A stretch of DNA of 64,000 nt, taken from contig CAWCNY010000004.1 of NCBI GenBank assembly GCA_963797095.1, positions 288,001 through 352,000 of the forward strand. Direction: 5' to 3'. A program made the translations under genes and the position numbers. Origin of the DNA: an uncultured Chloroflexia bacterium. GTDB taxonomy: Bacteria > Chloroflexota > Chloroflexia > QHBQ01 > JADMIH01. The notes beneath the pieces are model-generated. The model was not told the origin of the DNA, ran no database searches, and saw nothing but the letters and a program-made list of their open reading frames with translations. Positions 18,768-27,532 of the stretch are shown here, piece by piece (the first letter of the stretch is position 1; the number at the start of each line of letters is the position of its first letter).

Positions 18768-19319
18768 CTAACCTGTCGCTCCTGCAAGGAACGGGGTGAC
18801 CTCTGCCGGTTCGTCTTCATCTGGCAGAGGATCAGACCTCACAAAACCCCAGGGCCGAGCGGCTATCGCTCCTCGGTTGGGGCTGGCCTGTAAGAAGTAA
18901 ATTAGAGCAGTTGCCGTAGCGCGGTTTGTTGCCAGTGGTATCTCCTGCGTGTCACACATATGTAACAGATCGGAGAAATCCGGCTCGTGAGCTCCGGCGG
19001 TCAAAGGGTCACGAAAGTAGATCACTGTTTGCACTTCGTTGTCTTCGGTAAGTTCACCTAACTGCCTGTCCCCTCCCTTTGGACCCTCCGCTAGCAGGTG
19101 AACGTGCAAGCCCGTGCGCCTCTTAGGGAGTGCGCCCGTGCCACCGGTGGCAACGAGTCGGAAGCCCTGGAAGACCGTTCTGTTCTCGAACACAAATCCG
19201 GCCAGTTCTTCCTTCTTGTGATCGTGCGCTATCAGCGCAACCGTGAATCTATGACTCAAAGCTCTATGCTTGCTCTCCACCGAAGGCCGCAACCTGCCTG
19301 CGGCGCAACTTACGCTCAC
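18768..19319 (-). CDS. mgsA: Methylglyoxal synthase (divergent)
   Basis: ALIAHDHKK, ATGGTG, GPKGGDRQLG, FRDPL..HEPD..LL..CD..IPLATN. Confidence 0.85.
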   Translation of the reverse strand: MSVSCAAGRLRPSVESKHRALSHRFTVALIAHDHKKEELAGFVFENRTVFQGFRLVATGGTGALPKRRTGLHVHLLAEGPKGGDRQLGELTEDNEVQTVIYFRDPLTAGAHEPDFSDLLHMCDTQEIPLATNRATATALIYFLQASPNRGAIAARPWGFVRSDPLPDEDEPAEVTPFLAGATG

Positions 19320-19333
19320 ACTATTCTCAGTGT

Positions 19334-19400
19334 AGATTATCAGTGGGGGAGTTTATCAGGGGGTTAGCAGAATGTTAACAATTGCGCCCGACTTGTTAAC
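19334..19400 (-). promoter_or_regulatory. Pho-box-like promoter of the mgsA-pstSCAB-phoU operon
   Basis: Plus-strand GTTTA 19351, GTTAG 19363, GTTAA 19374 and 19395; -10 TAATCT at 19339-19334. Confidence 0.65.
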
Positions 19401-19491
19401 AAAACCCCGCCCCGGATGGCTCACAACCATAATTCCAGGCCCGACTCGCAGCCGGTTGCCTGCATGAAGCTAGTGGTGGGGAAATGCCTCG

Positions 19492-21276
19492 TTACGCGCA
19501 AGGTAGAGTGAAGTAGAATGCCGCCCCCTGGCCCACCTCGCTCTGTACCCAAATCTGCCCGCCATGAGCTTGCACCACGTGCTTCGCGATAGCCAGACCC
19601 AACCCCGTACCGGCTTCCCGCTCTCGTGAGCCTGCGCGCGCCTTGTCCACTTTATAGAACCGCTCAAATATACGCGGCAGGTCATCTTCCGGTATGCCAA
19701 CCCCGGTATCTATGACGCCGACAGCCAATCCGTCCTCGTGCCTGGCCGCACTCAGTGTAATACACCCGCCGGGGCCTGTGAACTTGATTGCGTTATGCAG
19801 CAGGTTGATCAGCACTTGCTCAATTCGCTCCCCATCAGCCAGCGCGAGCGGAAGGTCGTCCTCGATCTCGCACGTCATTTGCAATCCCGCACGTTCCATT
19901 TGCGTGCGCAAGCGACCTGCGGTACGTTTGAGCAGGTCGCCAAGCGGCACAGGACGCAAATTCAGTTGCACTTTTCCCGATTCAATACGCGAAAGCTCCA
20001 GCAATTCACGCACAAGCTGAGTAAGCCGATCAAGTTCTACGTCTATCCGCGAAATGAACTCCTTAGCCGCTGCTTTGTCCTCATCCACGGCAGTGCCGAG
20101 CGTCTCCACAAGCAGCTTGATGGACGTGATTGGCGTGCGGAGTTCATGGCTGATATTCGCCACGAAATCCCGCCGTGCGCGTTCCAGCCTCCTTAGCTCT
20201 GTCACATTCTGGAGCACAATCAGCCCCGTTGGCGCGCCTCCGTCGGGGCCTGGCACCTTGGTCACTACGGCCAATACCGTGTTCTTCCCTACATCTACCT
20301 CAAGGCTCTGCCAATCAAGGGGTTTGGTGAGCGTATTTTGAAGTGCGCTGTGCAGCTCGTGCTCATGCGTGGCTTCGATCAACGAGCGTCCTGCTGCTTC
20401 ATTAGGGAGGATGTTGAACAGCCGGACCGCTGATGGATTCATGCTATCGATGCGTCCCGCCTCATCGGTCAGGATGATCCCATCGTGCATATGCTCCAGC
20501 ACAGCCGCCATCCGGTTGCGCTCCTCTGTGCGCTCGCCGATCAGGTCGGTCAGGCGGTCGGCGGTGGCGTTCAATTCCCGGCCAAGGTCGCCTATCTCGT
20601 CACGCGATTGGATTCGCGCGCGGGCGGTAAGGTCGCCTCCCCCGAAGCGGTGGGCTACCCCGCGAAGATAGGTGAGAGGTCCCACAATGGAGCGCGACAT
20701 CAGCACGCCAAGAAGCACAGCCAGCAAGCTCAGCGCCAGGGTTGTAACGCCAAGCCCTATCCACAACGTATTGCGCGCTTCTTCAACCGAAGTGAGCGGA
20801 TACGCCACGCGCGCTAGGCCCACCACAAGTGATGGGTCGGCGGGGTCTTGTACTGTCACCGCCACATAGAGCAGTCGTTGCTGCACTGTATCGCTCTCGC
20901 GGCTTGCCGTCCCAATCCCGGCCCCACTGAGGGCGTCAATCACTTCGGGCCGGGTCGAAAGGTTCTCCTCCTGTCGAGGGTCGTCCGCCGAGTCGCCAAG
21001 CACCGTGCCGTCCGGGGCGATCAAGGTAACGCGCGTTCCAAAGAGGTCCCCCATGCGGTCGGCCAGCCCGTCAGTGTCGGTGATCGTGGCCGGAGCTAAA
21101 AAAAGTGGGGCAGCCGTAAAAGCCACCCCGCGAGCTTGATCAGCCAGGTCGCGCTGTAGAGCATCCTGCTCGCGCTGCTCAAAATCGCCCGCCAGCAGCA
21201 ACGCAAGTAGCCCGCCCATCGCAAGAACAAGCCCTGCGTAGGTTAGCACGATGCGCGTCCAGGTGTGGGTGAACAT
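19492..21276 (-). CDS. phoR: PhoR-like sensor histidine kinase (HAMP, PAS, HisKA, HATPase)
   Basis: RRDFVANISHELRTP, NLLHNAIKF, IFERFYKVDKAR, GTGLGLAIAKH; context next to pst genes. Confidence 0.9.
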   Translation of the reverse strand: MFTHTWTRIVLTYAGLVLAMGGLLALLLAGDFEQREQDALQRDLADQARGVAFTAAPLFLAPATITDTDGLADRMGDLFGTRVTLIAPDGTVLGDSADDPRQEENLSTRPEVIDALSGAGIGTASRESDTVQQRLLYVAVTVQDPADPSLVVGLARVAYPLTSVEEARNTLWIGLGVTTLALSLLAVLLGVLMSRSIVGPLTYLRGVAHRFGGGDLTARARIQSRDEIGDLGRELNATADRLTDLIGERTEERNRMAAVLEHMHDGIILTDEAGRIDSMNPSAVRLFNILPNEAAGRSLIEATHEHELHSALQNTLTKPLDWQSLEVDVGKNTVLAVVTKVPGPDGGAPTGLIVLQNVTELRRLERARRDFVANISHELRTPITSIKLLVETLGTAVDEDKAAAKEFISRIDVELDRLTQLVRELLELSRIESGKVQLNLRPVPLGDLLKRTAGRLRTQMERAGLQMTCEIEDDLPLALADGERIEQVLINLLHNAIKFTGPGGCITLSAARHEDGLAVGVIDTGVGIPEDDLPRIFERFYKVDKARAGSREREAGTGLGLAIAKHVVQAHGGQIWVQSEVGQGAAFYFTLPCA

Positions 21277-21277
21277 C

Positions 21278-22216
21278 TCAGCGTGTAGCTACCGCCTGGT
21301 TGAACTTGTATCCAACTCCGTATACGGTCTGAATATACTCCGGCACATCGGGGTTGGGCTCCAGCTTCGCCCGCAGCCAGCGCACGTGCACGTCTACCGT
21401 TCGCGCGCCCCCCACAAAATCGTAACCCCACACCCTATCAAGCAACACCTCTCGTGAGAAGACCTGCAGGGGGTGCGAAGCCAGAAATGTTAGCAGGTCG
21501 AACTCCTTCGGCTTAAGAGATACATGCTGACCAAGCTTGGTAACTGTCCTTCGGGCTGTATCAACGACCAGATCACCTGATAAGAGCACTGGAGGAGGCG
21601 CTGGCTCCACGTGCGTTGCCTGGTGGTTGGGGCCCGCGCCGGAACCGGCACTGACCAGACCCGCCGGGGTGCCATCACCGCCATTGGCCCGCGCTGACAG
21701 TGCCATATCAACTTGCCCACCGTTTCCAGGCGTAGCCGCGATAGGTGCTAGCGCCGCTGCTTGCACTTGCAATATCTCGGCCCTACGCAGCATAGCTCGC
21801 ACTCTAGCGAGTAGCTCGCGCAGACTGAACGGCTTGGTAAGATAATCGTCGGCTCCCAGTTCAAGGCCCAGCACCTTATCGATCTCTTCTTCCCGTGCCG
21901 AAAGCATCAGGATCGGCACAGTCAGTTGACGTCGTACCGCCCGGCACACGTCGAATCCGCTCATCCCCGGTAGCATAATATCCAGGATGAGGAGGTCAGG
22001 GCGCTCGTCGAATGCCAGGCGTAACGCTTCCGCTCCGTCCGCAGCTGTGAGCACCTGGAAACCCTCGCGCCTCAGGTTATATTCCAGCATATCGCGCAGA
22101 GTTTCCTCGTCGTCCACCACCAGGATTGTGTGCTGAGAAGTGGGTTGTGGGGTCACCATATCATCTTGTTCTATCTCTAGAGGGTTTTGACTCTCATTCT
22201 CGACCGTGTTCGCCAT
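21278..22216 (-). CDS. phoB: PhoB/PhoP-family response regulator with a long Gly/Ala/Pro linker (start uncertain)
   Basis: ILVVDDE, LDIMLPG, GADDYLTKPF, RTVDVHVRWLRAKLE, TVYGVGYKF. Confidence 0.88.
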   Translation of the reverse strand: MANTVENESQNPLEIEQDDMVTPQPTSQHTILVVDDEETLRDMLEYNLRREGFQVLTAADGAEALRLAFDERPDLLILDIMLPGMSGFDVCRAVRRQLTVPILMLSAREEEIDKVLGLELGADDYLTKPFSLRELLARVRAMLRRAEILQVQAAALAPIAATPGNGGQVDMALSARANGGDGTPAGLVSAGSGAGPNHQATHVEPAPPPVLLSGDLVVDTARRTVTKLGQHVSLKPKEFDLLTFLASHPLQVFSREVLLDRVWGYDFVGGARTVDVHVRWLRAKLEPNPDVPEYIQTVYGVGYKFNQAVATR

Positions 22217-22946
22217 CACTATTCTGTACCTGCCCTTCGTGCTTGTCATGAAGTTGCACTTCGGCCATCGCCACGGGAAAAGCCCGTTCAGGCTCAGGCA
22301 TTGGGGCGGGTATCATTTTGTCGAAATCTATCCACACGCGAGAGTCGTTGCGGCAATCATACTTACGGCAAACGTGCGGGCGCTTCGCATGGATGGTGCA
22401 TGCTCTGGTCGCGCTATCGGAGTGTACACAATAGCCGTCAGAAGACTGCTTAATCCAGTACGGGTTCCCATAGTCCCAGCGCGCCACTCCCTCATCCAGG
22501 TCCTGCTTGGTCAAGAAGAAGCGGAACGAACAACAGCGGGCCTTACAAAGATGTATCCGGTTGTGGCAATCGATCTCCACATTCTCGGACTCTTCATACT
22601 TGTCGCCCATCTCGGCCAACCGCACGCGAGGCACGGGCGCTTCCTCGATTTCCTTTCGCGCCTCTTCCATCGGCCCCATCAGGTCATCCTTATCGATCAA
22701 GCCTTTGCGCATCAGCACGTTCACCAACGCCTGCAATACCGCCACAGCCTCCTGGCTCTGGTTCTGATTGACCATCAACATGATGTGGGCAAACTCAAGG
22801 CCGCGCTCGATCTCGGAGCGCGTTTCCGGGTGCATCAGTATGTCACCTTCAGGCGTGCCGGGGATCATGATCTCGCGCTCTCCAGGCTGGAAAGCACCAG
22901 ATTCCTGAGACCAGGAAAATCTATCGTTGTCTTCTTGCTTATCCAT
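22194..22946 (-). CDS. YkgJ-like (CxxCxxCC) cysteine-cluster protein
   Basis: DCHNRIHLCKARCC...YCVH..CTIHAKRPHVCRKYDCR. Confidence 0.8.
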   Translation of the reverse strand: MDKQEDNDRFSWSQESGAFQPGEREIMIPGTPEGDILMHPETRSEIERGLEFAHIMLMVNQNQSQEAVAVLQALVNVLMRKGLIDKDDLMGPMEEARKEIEEAPVPRVRLAEMGDKYEESENVEIDCHNRIHLCKARCCSFRFFLTKQDLDEGVARWDYGNPYWIKQSSDGYCVHSDSATRACTIHAKRPHVCRKYDCRNDSRVWIDFDKMIPAPMPEPERAFPVAMAEVQLHDKHEGQVQNSDGEHGRE

Positions 22947-22993
22947 CTTTGTTCAAAGCACCTTACCAAGCGCCAGTATGACACAAACCGGCC

Positions 22994-25504
22994 TTAGTTG
23001 CCAGCATTCGCACTATCCCACTGTTTTTCGTAGTGCTCCCGGTGGCGCTGCCCCTCCGGCCCGTTCTGATACCTGTCAATCACAGCCTGCTTGCCGGTCG
23101 CCTTGCCGATCTTAAGAAGCTCTGTTCCCGTCTTCGCGGGATCGTCCAATCTGGCCCTGATTGCTTCATTTATGATGGTGTCTCGATACAACTGCTCAAG
23201 CTTGTCTTTAGGGCTTGGCAAAGCATCTGTAAGGTCAACATCGCTATTCTGTAGCTCATACTTCACATCATAGGTCTTGACGTCGCTCTCGGCCTCTTCC
23301 TTCAACATGCTCTTGACGAACTCGTCCTTCGACATGGTCTTTGCACGTTCTGCCGAGGGCTTGGTATCTTTAGCGATCTTCGCATGGTTCATCTCATGCG
23401 CGAAAGCCAGCGCGAGGAACTGCGGTGTCCTGGTGGCGTCGAGGTTTACCGTATTTGTATCGGGATAATAGCCGATCCCCACATTGGGCTTCAAGTTGAC
23501 CTTCACACTGTACTGCTGCCTGATCGCGAGAGCTTCTTGTCCGGTAGGCGCGCCGTTTAATATCCTCACGATCTCATCAAAGCTCTTGGTAGCAGGCGCT
23601 GTCCCCGCGTCGGCGGGCGCGGTGGTACCCTGTCGTTGCACGCTCACAGCTGCCTCAGAAGCGATCCCCGAAAGCGTAGCCCAACTCTCCTCCACCAGGC
23701 CTAAAGCACCACCAAACAGCGAACCCTCTGACTTTTGATCGGCGCTCTCACCTGAAGGCTCCTCGTCCTCGGTTTGAATAATAGTACCCTCTTTCCTCCC
23801 GTGATCGTTCTTCTTGTCGTACTTGTCGCTGGCATCTTTTAGGTCATCCAGCGCCTTTTGCCAAATATCCGCTGCGTCAGATTCTGTCTTACCCTTCATG
23901 CGTCCGGCTATGCCATCCAGTTTCTGCTTGACCAACGCCACGTGCCCGGCCTCGTGCCTCTTGAGGGCGTTCATGAAGTCTTCCCATTTCTTCTTGTCTT
24001 CACCCTTCAGGTTGGCCGCTCCCGGCCAGTTGGGCATAAGCACAGTGATCGTCACTTCTGCAGCTACACCCGATGTCTTGCCATTTTCATCAAGCGTAAC
24101 ATTATAGACAGGGCTCCAGCTTGTCTCCCCGGCCTCATCCCTCGCCATGATCTGGTCGGCAGCTTCCTTGAGCGTTTTGGCGGTAACCGTCCATGTATCG
24201 GATGCCGATTTGAAGGTGGTGGTTGCGCGGCCTGCTTTGGCCTGGGGCGGCTTGGGCGCGGTCGCATCATCGCGCTGCACCGCCACAAGGCGCTTGAGGC
24301 CGCCCAGGCTATTGAGGCTACGCTGCACGGCCGGTGGTAGCGCCGATTGGGCCTGCGGAGGGCCACCTATCGCCGACGGAGAGGAGGCCCGGAACCCAAA
24401 TCGCGGGCCAAGCAACGCCCCAACATCGGCGTGCATGCCGAACATGATCGCATCGCCGCTCGTATTCACTTCGACGCGCAGCCAGCTTGCCTTCGGGATC
24501 GGAATAGTCTTCCCGTTCAACTGGCTTAGCAGTAATTGGCGAGCAGACGGGTCGTCGGTCAGGGTAACGCCTGCCAGGCCGGTAAGAGCGATTGCCGCCC
24601 CGGTGCTTACCAGTGCAATCTGCTCGCCCGTTCGTAACCGCCGCCAATCCGACTTCACCTGGTCGGCTGCTCGCGTCTGGAAATTTTGCCACGCTGTCCG
24701 GAACGGCTCGGACGCCAACGCAGCGTTCAAAAGGTCTCCAGCGCTGGCCGGTCTGGGCGGTGAAGGTCCCGCTCCTGGCTGCTGACCGCTACTCTGGCTG
24801 CCAGCGCCCCTGGACCCACTAGAGCCACCAGGGGTCGCCGTCGGTAGCGCCGCCGGCGGTACGCCACCTGTCCCCGATGTGCCAGCCGCAGGCGCGCCTC
24901 CCCCCGTTGCCTGGCCTGCACCCGGTAGCGCGCCCGGCCCCAACTGGACACCCGGCCCCGCCGATATTAGTTCGACTATCGCAATATCGAACACCTGGCT
25001 CATATGCTGGCGCATCAATTCCTCGGTGCGTGGGTCCAATTGCAACCTACGCTCGTCAAGCAGGTGATAGCGGCTTGCCGGATCACGGGGTTAAATCAGC
25101 GATGGCGAAGGGAGGTTAACATCCAGCACAGGTGGAAGCGATGAGCCGTCGTCGCGCTGCACAGGCAAAGGCCAACCTGCGCCTTGTGCGCCATTGCCGA
25201 CATGACGCTGCACAGCCCGGTTGCCATATTTGCGTTGCGCGCTATGAAACACATCGATGCGCACCGGCTCGTTGCCATGCTCGTACAACACCGGGTCGCC
25301 AAGCAGCGATTGCGGATAGTTCGGTGGGGGAGGTGGCGCACCGGCAGCCGCGGCACGAGAATCGTCGGCAAGATCTGGGTAGAACTCAGACTGGGTGCCC
25401 GGCGACATCAAGCCAACCTTAACCCCCGTCTGCTCAGGCTGGCGCTTTGCTCTGTCAGCACGCTTCTGGTCGTCGTGTTCGTTGTTATTGTTGTCTTCAG
25501 CCAT
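22994..25504 (-). pseudogene. Putative CIS cargo/effector with two HExxH domains, interrupted by one in-frame TAA (25093-25091)
   Basis: ORFs 25091..25504 and 22994..25045 share a frame with no other stop between them; leader motif GNEPVR..QRKYGNRAVQR; DUF922-like KRHEAGH and C-terminal FAHEMNH. Confidence 0.75.
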
Positions 25505-26270
25505 CTCTCAGTACAGCAACGGGCTCTTCAATCAGGTCATCGGGGAAGAAACCAAAGGCGATCTCCGAAATCTCCTCGACCACAGTGGCCCACGGACGCA
25601 TCACTTCCAGGTCATCCACTACAGGGCTGGTGTCTTGCATCAAGCATTCACACCACTGCTCACACATTGCAGCCCACTCTGATTTCCCCACGCGCGCCCG
25701 TACCGCCTCCAGCCGCGAATAATAATGCAGCACAAAATTGAAGTACGACAACGCGTTAATGCCCTCCGGGCGCGGCGTATTCACGGCATGGTAATTCCAA
25801 CGCGAAACGGCAAGGGCGTAAATATCAAACTCAACATAGGTTCGTATCAGCCGCCCGCGCCACAGCGGGTGTTGCAGCCTGCCGTCGCGCCAGGCATCCG
25901 TCGGGCATGGCACATCTTCTCGACGGTGGACAACCGTGTTCCCCGCGAAGTTCGCGGGATATGTTTGGCACACATATGGTCTCAACGGATAAATACCGCA
26001 CCTACCCAGGCCATCGGGAAACTCCAACCAGAAGACGCACGGCTTCTCATCCGTCTTCGCGGGGCGCTTATCCAGGGCGATATTGAAATACTGGTTGGAG
26101 CTATCCAGCAGGAATCCTCTCGGCCCAGGCTCCATGGCGGGCACAACCACGGTGAATTGCTCAGGTGCCATGTTGAGGCCGCGCGAGATCACCCACATGT
26201 CATAGCCCGTGATTGTGACTATGTACTGGCGGCAGCAGCCCATTGTGCAGTTGGCGCAAGGGCTAGCCAT
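25497..26270 (-). CDS. YkgJ-like cysteine-cluster protein
   Basis: PCANCTMGCC, PCVFW, RCGIYPLRPYVCQTYP. Confidence 0.85.
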   Translation of the reverse strand: MASPCANCTMGCCRQYIVTITGYDMWVISRGLNMAPEQFTVVVPAMEPGPRGFLLDSSNQYFNIALDKRPAKTDEKPCVFWLEFPDGLGRCGIYPLRPYVCQTYPANFAGNTVVHRREDVPCPTDAWRDGRLQHPLWRGRLIRTYVEFDIYALAVSRWNYHAVNTPRPEGINALSYFNFVLHYYSRLEAVRARVGKSEWAAMCEQWCECLMQDTSPVVDDLEVMRPWATVVEEISEIAFGFFPDDLIEEPVAVLRDG

Positions 26271-26883
26271 CTTCCTGCCCGCCCTCATGCTCTTTCTCTG
26301 GGCCCCTGTATTCCCCTAGAATGTATTTGCAAAAATCTGTGAAAGTGCGAGCAGGCTTGCCCGCTTCAAGTTGTGCATTCCAGCCCGCTACCACGTCGCT
26401 ATATTCGGTGGCCTCATCCAACATTTGCGCGAGCAGGCTCTCCTCTTGCTCTTGCTCCACATCCGCCAGCGTCCACCGTCTGCATGTGCACGCCCCGCTC
26501 TCCACCTGCAACAAACCGTCCACTAGCATCGAGGGGTAAACGAGACAAGGGAGCGGCCGCAGCCCGCCCAGCCCACATTGCGCGTGCCCATCGGCCAATT
26601 TCCAGAGGAACACACAGGGCGCGCCCCTTGGCCCTACCTCGCCCTGCTTTGCAAGCACTACCTGGTATAGCTGGCCACCTGCTTCCAACTGGAAGCCGTC
26701 GGGTGCCCCCTCTACCGCCTCCGTGTAGCGTGTGAAGTACCAGGGCATCAATTCAAGCGTCTCTGAGATACGCCACATATCTCTGCCGCTGATGATCACC
26801 TTGGTATTGTGGCAGCACGATTTCTCCCGGCAACCAAGCCAGAACAACTCCTTCCTCCCAGCGATCCCTGTGGAGCTATCCAT
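26263..26883 (-). CDS. YkgJ-like cysteine-cluster protein (paralog; first Cys replaced by Trp)
   Basis: WLGCREKSCC, PCVFLW, QCGLGGLRPLPCLVYP. Confidence 0.8.
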   Translation of the reverse strand: MDSSTGIAGRKELFWLGCREKSCCHNTKVIISGRDMWRISETLELMPWYFTRYTEAVEGAPDGFQLEAGGQLYQVVLAKQGEVGPRGAPCVFLWKLADGHAQCGLGGLRPLPCLVYPSMLVDGLLQVESGACTCRRWTLADVEQEQEESLLAQMLDEATEYSDVVAGWNAQLEAGKPARTFTDFCKYILGEYRGPEKEHEGGQEDG

Positions 26884-27532
26884 CCTTGGCCTTGCCTTCC
26901 ACGTTGCGCTCAACCCACTCGGCCCACTTCGCCGCCGCTCTATCCCGCTCGCTCGCCGGTCCTGATGGATCGTAGCCTCCCAGCAATTCATTGAGCTTGT
27001 CCCAGGTCCGTTCGGGGTACTTCATTCCCGAAACGACTTGCTGGATAATCGTGTAAGCCTTCCAGCGGGTAGCCTCGTCATGTGATTTCAACAGTGGCAC
27101 AACAAAAGGCAGCGCTTTCGGCCCCTGACGCGAAAGCTCGTTGACCGACAAAGAACGGTCTGAATGCAGCACATCGGGAGCGTCGTTGATCGTCTCCACC
27201 AGCGCCGGAAACCCGCGAGGGTCGTCCATACGCGTCAACCCAACCGCAGCCTGCGAGCGCACACCGCCGTCCTTATCCTTGAGGGCAGCCGCCAGGTCAT
27301 CGGCGGTCGAGGGGTCCGCAATCGAGGCCAGACCTTCGGCGGCCAGGGCGCGCACCTCCTTGTCGTCGCTATGCAGCGCTTTCAGCAGCGCGGGAATCGC
27401 CGGCTCGCCTCGAGTGATCAGCTCGCCCAGTGCAAGACTTCTCATCTCGGCATCGTCTGAGCTAAGCTCCTCAATAACCTGCTCAGGCGGCCCACCCAAT
27501 CTTCTTACTTTTTCTTCGTAAGAACTGCTCAT
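26876..27532 (-). CDS. HEAT/PBS-lyase repeat protein (possible immunity or chaperone)
   Basis: Repeats AIPALLKALHSDDKEVRALAAEGLA and LAAALKDKDGGVRSQAAVGL; ATGA overlap with the upstream effector. Confidence 0.85.
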   Translation of the reverse strand: MSSSYEEKVRRLGGPPEQVIEELSSDDAEMRSLALGELITRGEPAIPALLKALHSDDKEVRALAAEGLASIADPSTADDLAAALKDKDGGVRSQAAVGLTRMDDPRGFPALVETINDAPDVLHSDRSLSVNELSRQGPKALPFVVPLLKSHDEATRWKAYTIIQQVVSGMKYPERTWDKLNELLGGYDPSGPASERDRAAAKWAEWVERNVEGKAKDG

